From Gemmata obscuriglobus (GTDB lineage Bacteria > Planctomycetota > Planctomycetia > Gemmatales > Gemmataceae): a stretch of DNA of 32,000 nt. The stretch spans positions 5,160,001 to 5,192,000 of the forward strand of contig NZ_CP042911.1 in assembly GCF_008065095.1 (NCBI RefSeq), given 5' to 3'. Both the position numbers and the translations under genes were made by a program. Under the pieces are notes generated by a model that saw only the letters and a program-made list of their open reading frames with translations, ran no database searches and was not told where the DNA came from. Shown here one piece after another: positions 7,735 to 15,578 of this stretch; the stretch's first letter is position 1; every line of letters starts with the position of its first letter.

Positions 7735-8075
7735 TTCGTCGCGGGCAGTTGCGGTTCCGCGGAGCCCGCGCCCGCGTCGCACATCCGCGGAGCCACCACC
7801 GACCCGCACCACCGTGCCGCGGCACACCGGTGGCCGCCCACCACCGACACACGCGGCGATGAGCCGCGCCGACCACCGGTGGGCACCACGCGGAGCACCA
7901 CCGACCCGCACCGCCGTGTCCCCATGCGCGGCTGGCCACGCCCAACCACACCTCGCGGCGACGAGCCGCGCCCGCCCCGACCGGCACCACGCGGAGCCAC
8001 CACTGACGAGCGGGGCTTACTCACGCGGACCACACGCCCACCACCACCGCACGCCCGCTCCAGCACGCGAAGGTG
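7735..8075 (-). repeat. ORF-less repeat cassette family R (2 units, short tail)
   Basis: Same architecture. Confidence 0.8.
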
Positions 8076-8166
8076 GCCGAACGTAAAGCTCACCTGCACC
8101 GCCATCACACGATGAGCGGTGCGTCACAACTCAGCGGGCGGTGTCAGGTGCAGCGCCGGGTTCGGC
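8076..8166 (-). repeat. attC-like site, class A
   Basis: Class A palindrome: gccgaac..cacctgcaccgcc|loop|ggcggtgTcaggtg..gttcggc. Confidence 0.8.
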
Positions 8167-8607
8167 CTCTTGGGCCGCCACTCTGCCGGACGCGAGTAGT
8201 TGCCGGAGAGCATGGCAACCGCTCATGGTCGCCTCGCGAAGCTCGACGGCGAACCCATCGAGTGTGGTCGCCGACCGTACCGGCAGCCCGAGTTGATCGG
8301 GGAGATACGATTCGGCATCCCATACAGCACCACGAACGACTTGGCTGGCTGCGCCCGTCTGGATCTTCCACTGATCTTCAGACCAGTCCACCGTTAGCCG
8401 GAGATTGTAGCGGCGGCAGACGGCAGTATCGACCTCGACCCCGATCTCTAAATACCGCCAGGCGTGCATACTGATGCGGATATACGGCTCATGTTGGTCG
8501 GCGACGAGGCCACCATCGGCGAGGTCGTTCGCCAACTGCAGGAGCGTGTGTTGGGCCTGCGTTAACGCACCCAAGAACGCGACGACGTTGCGGCTGCCCT
8601 CGTCCAC
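8131..8607 (-). CDS. hypothetical cassette protein (158 aa including attC tail)
   Basis: ORF track 8131..8607. GTG 8607 follows AGAGG, 18 nt after attC 8625-8715. It reads into attC 8076-8166, ending AEPGAAPDTAR. Confidence 0.65.
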   Translation of the reverse strand: MDEGSRNVVAFLGALTQAQHTLLQLANDLADGGLVADQHEPYIRISMHAWRYLEIGVEVDTAVCRRYNLRLTVDWSEDQWKIQTGAASQVVRGAVWDAESYLPDQLGLPVRSATTLDGFAVELREATMSGCHALRQLLASGRVAAQEAEPGAAPDTAR

Positions 8608-8624
8608 CGCTTACGCCTCTGGTT

Positions 8625-8715
8625 GCCGAACAAGTAGCTCACCTGCACCGCGAGGTCCCGGGCCGCGGTGCGTCATAAGCCGCGCGGCGGTGTCAGGTGC
8701 AGCGCCGGGTTCGGC
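8625..8715 (-). repeat. attC-like site, class A
   Basis: Class A palindrome with a variant loop (gaggtcccgggccgcggtgcgtcataagccgc). Confidence 0.8.
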
Positions 8716-8725
8716 ATGCCGCGCC

Positions 8726-9187
8726 TCACCACGTCAGCCGCTCGATCCGCACCAGCGGGGCGGCCGCGACCATCCCGACACCGGCCGCCGCGAGGGCGGC
8801 CACCATGCCCACCCGGCGGCGGGTCCACCGGCCCGACGTGTGGGCATCCACAGCCAGCCCGACCCCGACAGCGCCCGCGGCGGCGAACGTTAGGTTGTAC
8901 GCCAGGGCGGCCTGGCGGGTGATCCGGCCGGTGCGGGCCATCCGATCGGTCGGCAGGCGGAACGGGGCGGTCTCCAAGGCGGACGGGATAAGTCTGACGT
9001 CGTCCGACTCCCACCGGTCGGCTCGCCAGATTGCCGGGAACCCGAACAACTCGACGATCTCCGCCCCCGGCGGTTGATCCGGCCACCGGCCGCCGATCGA
9101 CGGGGCCCACGACCAGACGTTCAGAAGCAGCAGGACGGCCGCCGTGGCGACCGTGGCGAGCTTCGCCTCCCCAGTCCATCGCCGCAT
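8726..9187 (-). CDS. membrane protein cassette (153 aa)
   Basis: ATG 9187 follows GGGAGGG, 28 nt after attC 9215-9305. Hydrophobic segments are ATVATAAVLLLLNVW and MVAALAAAGVGMVAAA. It has its own stop. The first 20 residues of track ORF 8726..9247 (MMAVQVSFMFGGSWRPREGQ) are the translated attC arm (MMAVQVSFMFG) plus the short leader, so I trimmed the start to ATG 9187. Confidence 0.6.
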   Translation of the reverse strand: MRRWTGEAKLATVATAAVLLLLNVWSWAPSIGGRWPDQPPGAEIVELFGFPAIWRADRWESDDVRLIPSALETAPFRLPTDRMARTGRITRQAALAYNLTFAAAGAVGVGLAVDAHTSGRWTRRRVGMVAALAAAGVGMVAAAPLVRIERLTW

Positions 9188-9214
9188 CTGGCCCTCCCGT
9201 GGTCGCCAACTACC

Positions 9215-9305
9215 GCCGAACATAAAGCTCACCTGCACCGCCATCATACAGTCAGCAATGCGTCACAAACTAGCGGGCGGTGTCAGGTGCAGCGCCGGGT
9301 TCGGC
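9215..9305 (-). repeat. attC-like site, class A
   Basis: Class A palindrome: gccgaac..cacctgcaccgcc|loop|ggcggtgTcaggtg..gttcggc. Confidence 0.8.
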
Positions 9306-9538
9306 TTCTGCGCGGGCAGTTGCGATTCCGCGGAGCCCGCGCTCGTACCGCGCATCGCGGAGCCACCACCGCCGACCCGCGCTACCGTGTCCCACCCGCA
9401 CCCGGCCGCGACCAACCGCACCTCGCGGCGACGAGCCGCGCCCGCAACCACCGGCACCACGCGGAGCCCGACATACGGGCTTTACCACCGCGGACCACAC
9501 GCCCACGCGCCGCACGGGCGCTCATGCGCCCTCTGGGT
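9306..9538 (-). repeat. ORF-less repeat cassette family R (1 unit)
   Basis: A single unit, 233 nt in total. The head has AGAGGGCGCATGAGCGC. Confidence 0.8.
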
Positions 9539-9629
9539 GCCGAACATACAGCTCACCTGCACCGCCATCACCGGATAAGCGGTGTGTCACAAATCAGCCG
9601 GCGGTGTCAGGTGCAGCGACCGGTTCGGC
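9539..9629 (-). repeat. attC-like site, class A
   Basis: Class A palindrome with a variant 3' spacer (cagcgaccggttcggc). Confidence 0.8.
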
Positions 9630-10046
9630 ATGCCTTTGGAGCCAACCCCGCGCCTCCGCGACAACCGACCGGCCCCAAGCTGCCACCGCCGCCTCGCCGT
9701 ACAACCCGTCCCACGTCACTTCGTGAGGGCGGCCCGTTAGGTCGCCGTAGTCGACGTAGAGCCCGTACAGGTGGTGGTAGTCGTGGGACTCACACGCATA
9801 CCGCCACGGATACGACCGCATCTGGAGCTGCACGAGGTAGGGCCATCGCACCTCGGCCTCGATCACCTCCAACCCCGCCCACGGGTCCACTAGCCCGCTG
9901 GCGATGCGCGACAGGTGATGCCGTAACAGCAGCCACGCCGCCGCATCCGCACGGGCAAGGCCCTCCGCGCTGAGCGTTTCCAAGCCGCGATTGGCCGCGG
10001 CGAGGGTTGCTTGCGCCTCGTTGATCGACAGTGCTCCAACTTCCAC
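9594..10046 (-). CDS. hypothetical cassette protein (150 aa including attC tail)
   Basis: GTG 10046 follows CGAGG, 19 nt after attC 10065-10155. It is in frame with track ORF 9594..10157 and ends AEPVAAPDTAG inside variant attC 9539-9629. Confidence 0.6.
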   Translation of the reverse strand: MEVGALSINEAQATLAAANRGLETLSAEGLARADAAAWLLLRHHLSRIASGLVDPWAGLEVIEAEVRWPYLVQLQMRSYPWRYACESHDYHHLYGLYVDYGDLTGRPHEVTWDGLYGEAAVAAWGRSVVAEARGWLQRHAEPVAAPDTAG

Positions 10047-10064
10047 GCCGCGAGACCTCGGGTT

Positions 10065-10155
10065 GCCGAACAAAGAGCTCACCTGCACCGCCATCACCGG
10101 ATGAGCGGTAAGTCCCAAGTCAGATGGCGGTGTCAGGTGCAGCGCCGGGTTCGGC
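10065..10155 (-). repeat. attC-like site, class A
   Basis: Class A palindrome: gccgaac..cacctgcaccgcc|loop|ggcggtgTcaggtg..gttcggc. Confidence 0.8.
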
Positions 10156-10160
10156 ATGCC

Positions 10161-10727
10161 TTATCCTCTCCGCCGACTTGGCGGAAGCGGTGGCTCCTCA
10201 CTCTTCGGGTCTGGCTCCTCGTCGTCGGCGAGCGGCATGCCCATGACAAACCTGCCTGACTCCCAGACCGACGACTCCAGATCTCGCGGTTTGCGAGCGA
10301 GCCGCGGATCGACAGCCACGCACTCCCCGAGGGACGCATGCGTCTGAGCGATCTCGATGCTTGAGCAGAAGAACACCTTCTGCCGGCACTGGCCGCAGAA
10401 GCGGACGCCCTCCTCGGCCGTTGGCTGGAGTTGCTCCCACTGCTTCGGACAGCGGAACCGGAACTCGACCCCACAGCCCTCGACCGGGGCACGACTGATC
10501 GACGCGAGCCAGTCAGGATCAACACCGAGACTGGCCTCCCGCAGGCGACCCTGCATCGCCTCCCGGCACGGATCGGAGGGGGCAAGCGCGGCGAATTCGC
10601 ACTCGGCGCGGAGGAAGCCGCCTCCGGCCCGGTCGTGTTCGTCCAGCCAGTCGGCGTAGACCAATCGCGGCAGGTCGTCCGTCGGGGCAGCTCGAATCGC
10701 TGCCAGGAATGCAGCCTCGTCGCTCAT
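10161..10727 (-). CDS. TIGR02996 (repeat-companion, Gemmata-type) N-terminal domain protein (188 aa)
   Basis: ATG 10727 follows AGAGGG. The N-terminus MSDEAAFLAAIRAAPTDDLPRLVYADWLDEHDR matches the TIGR02996 signature as I remember it. A Cys-rich middle region follows (CPKQWEQL..CGQCRQKVFFC). It has its own stop. Confidence 0.8.
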   Translation of the reverse strand: MSDEAAFLAAIRAAPTDDLPRLVYADWLDEHDRAGGGFLRAECEFAALAPSDPCREAMQGRLREASLGVDPDWLASISRAPVEGCGVEFRFRCPKQWEQLQPTAEEGVRFCGQCRQKVFFCSSIEIAQTHASLGECVAVDPRLARKPRDLESSVWESGRFVMGMPLADDEEPDPKSEEPPLPPSRRRG

Positions 10728-10740
10728 ACGCCCTCTGGTT

Positions 10741-10832
10741 GCCGAACAATGAAGCTCACCTGCACCGCCATCATCGGATGAGCGGTGCGTCCCGCATCAG
10801 CCGGCGGTGTCAGGTGCAGCGCCGGGTTCGGC
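10741..10832 (-). repeat. attC-like site, class A
   Basis: Class A palindrome, 92 nt. Confidence 0.8.
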
Positions 10833-10839
10833 GTCTGGG

Positions 10840-11295
10840 CTACCCCCGCCAGACCACCTGCACGCCGGCAAGCTCGATGCCGCCTGGCCCGGCGGCGAGT
10901 TGCCCGGCCTTGCGGTTGAGCAGGGCCGGCCCGAAGCACTCGCCGAACCCGACCCGCTCCCCGCAGTGCAGGAAGCTGACGTACGGCCAGCGGTAGAACG
11001 ACCCCCGCACCTTCTCGGGGGCGTCTCGCCAGCCGAGCAACCGGCCGGGCCGGCCGCACTCCCGCACCCCGGCGTCCGTCACCTCCCACCACTGGAAGGT
11101 GCTGCCGTGGTCGAACTGCCCGCGCTCCAGGTCGCCGTCCGCGACTTGGTAGATGTACAGCGCGTCGAACGCGGCGAGGTCGGCGACGCGGACCCCGAAT
11201 GAGTCGGCCACGTAGTCGAGGAAACGCGGCGTGCGGTGCCACGACCAGACGTCGGCCAGTGCCTCAGCGACCGAACGCGACGGCTGCGGCTCCAT
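10840..11295 (-). CDS. hypothetical cassette protein family X (151 aa), copy 2 of 3
   Basis: The protein is identical to 4252..4707. The one nucleotide difference I saw is synonymous (gttaag vs gttgag on +). The track fuses it to the upstream cassette (10840..11685) because attC 11316-11406 has no stop in that frame. Confidence 0.75.
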   Translation of the reverse strand: MEPQPSRSVAEALADVWSWHRTPRFLDYVADSFGVRVADLAAFDALYIYQVADGDLERGQFDHGSTFQWWEVTDAGVRECGRPGRLLGWRDAPEKVRGSFYRWPYVSFLHCGERVGFGECFGPALLNRKAGQLAAGPGGIELAGVQVVWRG

Positions 11296-11315
11296 CGGTC
11301 GAGCGCCCTCGGGTG

Positions 11316-11406
11316 GCCGAACAAATAGCTCACCTGCACCGCCAGGATCGAGTGAGCACCACAACGCAGATCCGATGGCGGTGTCAGGTGCAGCGCCGGG
11401 TTCGGC
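11316..11406 (-). repeat. attC-like site, class A (minor loop type, no stop in tail frame)
   Basis: Class A stems with the minor loop (aggatcgagtgagcaccacaacgcagatccgat). It lacks the TGA that normally ends the AEPGAAPDTA frame. Confidence 0.8.
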
Positions 11407-11685
11407 CTCTGCGACCGCGCCCAGGTGAGCCCGCCCCCACGCGACCGCCTCCTCGGCTGACCGGAACACCCGCACCCCGGCACGGCACATCGCCCCCGGG
11501 GCGGCCTCGGCAAGCGCGTTGTCCTCGATGAGCAGCCACAGCGGGAGCCACACGTCTCCGTCCGGCTGCTTGAGCCGCGCCCAAGTGTGGAGCCGGCCGC
11601 CGATCAGGCAGTACCGGGCGAGCGGCAACTCGCGGGTGAGGTCGGCCACCACCTCGGCGTCGCTCCACTCGCCACGCTTCCGCAC
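11407..11685 (-). CDS. hypothetical cassette protein (93 cassette-encoded codons), 3' end undefined because it reads through the attC
   Basis: GTG 11685 follows GGAGGG, 18 nt after attC 11703-11793. It has no stop of its own, enters attC 11316-11406 in the usual AEPGAAPDTA frame, and meets no stop there, so it continues in frame to 10840. Confidence 0.55.
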
Positions 11686-11702
11686 CCCGATGCCCTCCGG
11701 GT

Positions 11703-11793
11703 GCCGAACAATAAGCTCACCTGCACCGCCATCATCGGATGAGCGGAGCGTCGCAGTCTAGCGGGCGGTGTCAGGTGCAGCGCCGGGTTCGGC
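11703..11793 (-). repeat. attC-like site, class A
   Basis: Class A palindrome: gccgaac..cacctgcaccgcc|loop|ggcggtgTcaggtg..gttcggc. Confidence 0.8.
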
Positions 11794-11806
11794 GTGCCTT
11801 TGTGGG

Positions 11807-12181
11807 CTATCGCACATACTGGTACACCAACCACCTCGGCCGCTCGCCCCGCACCAAGTACTCGGCGGCCGCCGCGAAGGCACGCTCCGCCCGCAGGCAC
11901 GACTCCGGCGGGGCCGGCGTCGGCTCCTCGCACGACAGCGCCATCCGCTGGGCCTCGGTCGCCGGCGCGGGGCCATCCGGGTCGGTGGCCCGGTACTCGC
12001 TCCACGCCCCATCAAGGAACATCAGGACCGCTACCCCGCCCGCCTTACCGAGCCAGAAGCACGGCTCGATGTCGCGGGCTGGCAGACTGAGCAGCCGACC
12101 CAGCCAAGTCCGATGACGTGTGCCGCGGTCGAGGAGTACCCACAGATCGCACGCCTCGGCCGCCGCCGCTCGCGTCAACAC
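11807..12181 (-). CDS. hypothetical cassette protein (124 aa as tracked, probably 149 aa from a non-canonical start at 12256)
   Basis: ORF track 11807..12181 (GTG). The same frame stays open and protein-like upstream (IDGASYIVEWDDTETRLPDTAAVGE). ATT at 12256 lies 7 nt after GGAG and 15 nt after attC 12271-12361, the normal cassette start position. Confidence 0.6.
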   Translation of the reverse strand: MLTRAAAAEACDLWVLLDRGTRHRTWLGRLLSLPARDIEPCFWLGKAGGVAVLMFLDGAWSEYRATDPDGPAPATEAQRMALSCEEPTPAPPESCLRAERAFAAAAEYLVRGERPRWLVYQYVR

Positions 12182-12270
12182 CTCTCCGACGGCGGCCGTA
12201 TCGGGCAGTCGGGTTTCGGTGTCGTCCCACTCGACGATGTACGATGCCCCGTCAATCGCGCCACTCCGCG

Positions 12271-12361
12271 GCCGAACGAACAGCTCACCTGCACCGCCAT
12301 CACCGGATGAGCGATGCGATCCAAACTACATGGCGGTGTCAGGTGCAGCGCCGGGTTCGGC
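12271..12361 (-). repeat. attC-like site, class A
   Basis: Class A palindrome, identical to 4154-4244. Confidence 0.8.
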
Positions 12362-12368
12362 GTCTGGG

Positions 12369-12824
12369 CTACCCCCGCCAGACCACCTGCACGCCGGCAA
12401 GCTCGATGCCGCCTGGCCCGGCGGCGAGTTGCCCGGCCTTGCGGTTAAGCAGGGCCGGCCCGAAGCACTCGCCGAACCCGACCCGCTCCCCGCAGTGCAG
12501 GAAGCTGACGTACGGCCAGCGGTAGAACGACCCCCGCACCTTCTCGGGGGCGTCTCGCCAGCCGAGCAACCGGCCGGGCCGGCCGCACTCCCGTACCCCG
12601 GCGTCCGTCACCTCCCACCACTGGAAGGTGCTGCCGTGGTCGAACTGCCCGCGCTCCAGGTCGCCGTCCGCGACTTGGTAGATGTACAGCGCGTCGAACG
12701 CGGCGAGGTCGGCGACGCGGACCCCGAATGAGTCGGCCACGTAGTCGAGGAAACGCGGCGTGCGGTGCCACGACCAGACGTCGGCCAGTGCCTCAGCGAC
12801 CGAACGCGACGGCTGCGGCTCCAT
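12369..12824 (-). CDS. hypothetical cassette protein family X (151 aa), copy 3 of 3
   Basis: The protein is identical to 4252..4707, with one synonymous difference (cccgcac vs cccgtac on +). It is flanked by attCs identical to those of copy 1. Confidence 0.75.
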   Translation of the reverse strand: MEPQPSRSVAEALADVWSWHRTPRFLDYVADSFGVRVADLAAFDALYIYQVADGDLERGQFDHGSTFQWWEVTDAGVRECGRPGRLLGWRDAPEKVRGSFYRWPYVSFLHCGERVGFGECFGPALLNRKAGQLAAGPGGIELAGVQVVWRG

Positions 12825-12844
12825 CGGTCGAGCGCCCTCGGGTG

Positions 12845-12935
12845 GCCGAACAAACAGCTCACCTGCACCGCCACCATCGGATGAGCGATGCGTCCCAGAT
12901 CAGATGGCGGTGTCAGGTGCAGCGCCGGGTTCGGC
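12845..12935 (-). repeat. attC-like site, class A
   Basis: Class A palindrome, identical to 4728-4818. Confidence 0.8.
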
Positions 12936-13267
12936 TTCTGCGCCCCGCGCCGCGCATCCGCGGAGCCCGCCCACCGACGCGGCCGAGCGGAGCCACCACC
13001 GACCCGACCCGCCGTGTCCCGGCACACCGGAGGCCACGCCCACCGCCACACGCGGCGACGAGCCGCGCCAACCACACACGGGCACCACGCGGAGCACCAC
13101 CGAACCGAAACGCCGTGTCCCGGCACACCGGAGGCCACGCCCACCGCACCTCGCGGCGACGAGCCGCGCCAGCCCCAACCGGCACCACGCGAAGCCCGAC
13201 ACCCGGGGTTCACCACCGCGGACCACACGCCCACCGCCGCCCGCGCGCCCTGATGCACGCGAGGGTG
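12936..13267 (-). repeat. ORF-less repeat cassette family R (2 units, short tail)
   Basis: Same architecture. Confidence 0.8.
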
Positions 13268-13359
13268 GCCGAACAATCAAGCTCACCTGCACCGCCATCA
13301 CACGATGAGCGGTGCGCCCCGAATCAGCGGGCGGTGTCAGGTGCAGCGCCGGGTTCGGC
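13268..13359 (-). repeat. attC-like site, class A
   Basis: Class A palindrome, 92 nt, same as 22237-22328. Confidence 0.8.
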
Positions 13360-13367
13360 CTGCCTTG

Positions 13368-13751
13368 CTACCCGCGAACCGCGTGCAGCCCAGTGATGCG
13401 GGTGACGACGCCCTCGGCGACCCGCCGCCCGCCCTCGTGGCAGTAGAACCGGGCGCCGGGGGCAATCCGGCCGCGATGCACCTCGGCCCGCATCTCATCC
13501 ATCACGACCGTCATGCGGGCGGACAACTCCACGCCTACCGGCAGTCCATGATCGGTCGCCAGGCTCTGTCCGTCAGCGGCGAAGAAGTCCGGCCAGATCA
13601 TGTACAGGCTCGGTGGGGTTGGCCCGTCGTCGGCATAGGCGAAGTCCCACCGGATGCCGTTGAACGCCCGCGTCCGCCGCCCACCCTCCTCCGGGCCGTA
13701 CACCCGGATGGCGGCCTCGAAGTCGTCGGGTGGGTAGAGACCTCCGCCCAT
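13368..13751 (-). CDS. hypothetical cassette protein family Y (127 aa), copy 1 of 2
   Basis: ATG 13751 follows GGAGGG, 18 nt after class B attC 13769-13921. It has its own stop. The C-terminal FYCHEGGRRVAEGVVTRI loosely recalls EF-Tu-type beta-barrel motifs (weak). Confidence 0.7.
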   Translation of the reverse strand: MGGGLYPPDDFEAAIRVYGPEEGGRRTRAFNGIRWDFAYADDGPTPPSLYMIWPDFFAADGQSLATDHGLPVGVELSARMTVVMDEMRAEVHRGRIAPGARFYCHEGGRRVAEGVVTRITGLHAVRG

Positions 13752-13768
13752 CGGTGCGCCCTCCGGTT

Positions 13769-13921
13769 GCCGAACCAGGAGCTGAGCTGCAAGCCGCCCC
13801 TCTCAGGGCGGTCTCCCCTTGCTCCCGCGACGGCTTGTCAGCTCCAGCGGGGGGGTCGGCCGACGGCCGCCTCCTTCCGCCAGAGGATGAGTGAGCGTTG
13901 CAGCTCAGCTCCTGGTTCGGC
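13769..13921 (-). repeat. attC-like site, class B composite (153 nt)
   Basis: The inner 92-nt attC homologue is 13769-13860: gccgaac-cagga-gctgagctg-caagccgcc / loop / gacggcttg-T-cagctc-C-agc-ggggg-gGtcggc (inner box carries a point change). It is followed by a 36-nt spacer and a perfect inverted copy of the first 25 nt (cttgcagctcagctcctggttcggc). Confidence 0.7.
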
Positions 13922-14094
13922 CGCCGCCGGATGAGCTCAGCCCACCGGGGACATCGCACGGCGGGAGATCACCATGCGACCTCAGGCCGCTCGGATCGGC
14001 GGGCCCTCGCCGGTCGCCTTCACCAGGGGGGAGGTGGCGACAACCTTACGACCGCCCGCCGATCCGCGGCGCTTGCAACCACCTCACGGCGGCG
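13922..14094 (-). repeat. ORF-less structured cassette S (173 nt), copy 1 of 4
   Basis: There is no ORF above 13 codons in the cassette direction. It has a 17-bp stem, gccgcggatcggcgggc / gcccgccgatccg(a)gcggc, enclosing the nested hairpin gtcgcc-acc..ggt-gaa-ggcgac, and the ends cgccgcc/ggcggcg pair. It is always attached to a class B attC. Confidence 0.7.
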
Positions 14095-14185
14095 GCCGAA
14101 CGAACAGCTCACCTGCACCGCCACATCCCGAGCAGCGATGCGTCATAAATCAGCGGGCGGTGTCAGGTGCAGCGCCGGGTTCGGC
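14095..14185 (-). repeat. attC-like site, class A
   Basis: Class A palindrome: gccgaac..cacctgcaccgcc|loop|ggcggtgTcaggtg..gttcggc. Confidence 0.8.
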
Positions 14186-14538
14186 TCGCTCACCACCGCG
14201 GTTCCGGGCCACGGGCCGAGCGTCGCGCATCCGCGGAGCCCGTGCCACCGGTGCGGGCGTGCGGAGCACCACCGACTCGACGCACCGTGTCGCGGCCCAC
14301 CGGAGGCCACCCACCACCGCCACGCGCGGCGATGAGCCGCGCCCGGCACCCACGGGCACCACGCGGAGCACCACCGACTCGAACCGCCGTGTCCCCACGC
14401 GCCCCCGGCCACGCCCACCCGCACTTCGCGGCGACGAGCCGCGCCAACCACCGACCGGCACCACGCGGAGCCACCACCGTCTGATGCCCCGCGGACCACA
14501 CGCCCACCGCCGCCCGCGCGCTCCAGAACGCCCGGGTG
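14186..14538 (-). repeat. ORF-less repeat cassette family R (2 units)
   Basis: Same architecture. The tail half is near-identical to 3239-3596. Confidence 0.8.
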
Positions 14539-14629
14539 GCCGAACAGTAAGCTCACCTGCACCGCCATCATCGGATGAGCGGTGCGTCCCAAACTCGCTG
14601 GCGGTGTCAGGTGCAGCGCCGGGTTCGGC
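14539..14629 (-). repeat. attC-like site, class A
   Basis: Class A palindrome: gccgaac..cacctgcaccgcc|loop|ggcggtgTcaggtg..gttcggc. Confidence 0.8.
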
Positions 14630-14649
14630 GTGCCTTTGCTGCCCAGCGA

Positions 14650-15048
14650 CTACTCGCGCCACGGCTTGGACAGGCTGCCGTTCCAAGGCAGGAACAGGAA
14701 TCCTTGCGATGCGTCCTGCAGCGCGCCCTGAACCTCCATGAGCGTGTTGATCTCGTCCAGCGCCGCGTCCAGGTCGTCGATGCTGATCTCGAACCGGGCG
14801 GCGCACTCCCGCATGGCGGCCTCGTGCGGGGTGCCCTCGCCGATCTCGGTCGCCTCGGCCGCGACGTGCGGGCCGGCGGCCAGGCGGACGCGGAACCAGC
14901 GGTTGGGGAAACCAGGGATGGCCGGCCGCCCGGCGGTGAGTTCGTCGCCGCGCCGGGTGACAGTCAGCCCGTACCCGGCGAACGCCTTCGCAGCCGCGTC
15001 GAGGTCGCACGCGCCGGCCCGGAAGAACACCATGCAGCCGTCCGCCAC
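14650..15048 (-). CDS. hypothetical cassette protein (132 aa)
   Basis: GTG 15048 lies 7 nt after GGAGGG and 17 nt after attC 15065-15155. Its own TAG is at 14650. Confidence 0.7.
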   Translation of the reverse strand: MADGCMVFFRAGACDLDAAAKAFAGYGLTVTRRGDELTAGRPAIPGFPNRWFRVRLAAGPHVAAEATEIGEGTPHEAAMRECAARFEISIDDLDAALDEINTLMEVQGALQDASQGFLFLPWNGSLSKPWRE

Positions 15049-15064
15049 CCCGAATCCCTCCGGT

Positions 15065-15155
15065 GCCGAACAATAAGCTCACCTGCACCGCCATCATACC
15101 GTCAGCGGTGCGTCGCAGTATAGCGGGCGGTGTCAGGTGCAGCGCCGGGTTCGGC
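15065..15155 (-). repeat. attC-like site, class A
   Basis: Class A palindrome: gccgaac..cacctgcaccgcc|loop|ggcggtgTcaggtg..gttcggc. Confidence 0.8.
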
Positions 15156-15487
15156 TTCTGCGCCCACCATCGCGGTTCCGCGGAGCCCGCGCCCGCGTTG
15201 CGCATCCGCGGAGCCACCACCGACCCCGCGCACCGTGTCGCGGCACACCGGTGGCCGCCCAACACCGCCACACGCGGTGATGAGCCGCGCCTGCTACCAC
15301 CGGCACCACGCGGAGCGCCACCGACCCGAACCGCCGTGTCCCCACGGCACCGCCGGCCACGCCCAACCTCCACTCGCGGCGACGAGCCGCGCCCGTCGCA
15401 CTCGGGCACCACGCGAAGCCCGACGCGCGGGGTTCACCCACGCGGACCACACGCCTACCGCCGCGCGCATCCATGCACGCGATGGTA
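15156..15487 (-). repeat. ORF-less repeat cassette family R (2 units, short tail)
   Basis: Same architecture. Confidence 0.8.
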
Positions 15488-15578
15488 GCCGAACGAACAG
15501 CTCACCTGCACCGCCATCACCGGATGAGCAGCGCGTCTCACGTCAGCCGGCGGTGTCAGGTGCAGCGCCGGGTTCGGC
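15488..15578 (-). repeat. attC-like site, class A
   Basis: Class A palindrome: gccgaac..cacctgcaccgcc|loop|ggcggtgTcaggtg..gttcggc. Confidence 0.8.

Noticed and set aside
8726-9247. N-terminal extensions MMAVQVSFMFG / MAVQVSCSFG shared by many track ORFs.
   Set aside because: These are translations of the conserved attC arm (ATGGCGGTGCAGGTGAGC...). Real starts with an SD lie 15-25 nt downstream of the GTTCGGC box, so the starts were trimmed accordingly.
13305-13934. Plus-strand ORFs antisense to real cassettes (13305..13934 at 209 aa, 22274..23080 at 268 aa, 20484..21500 at 338 aa, 29933..30934 at 333 aa).
   Set aside because: They overlap well-supported minus-strand genes, cross attC sites, lack SD-start geometry, and have poor composition. 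They are typical shadow ORFs of high-GC DNA.
13922-14094. The S cassette as a known riboswitch or small RNA class.
   Set aside because: I could not match its stems or loops to any riboswitch consensus I know (ZTP, guanidine, c-di-GMP, cobalamin and others). It is kept only as an unclassified structured element.
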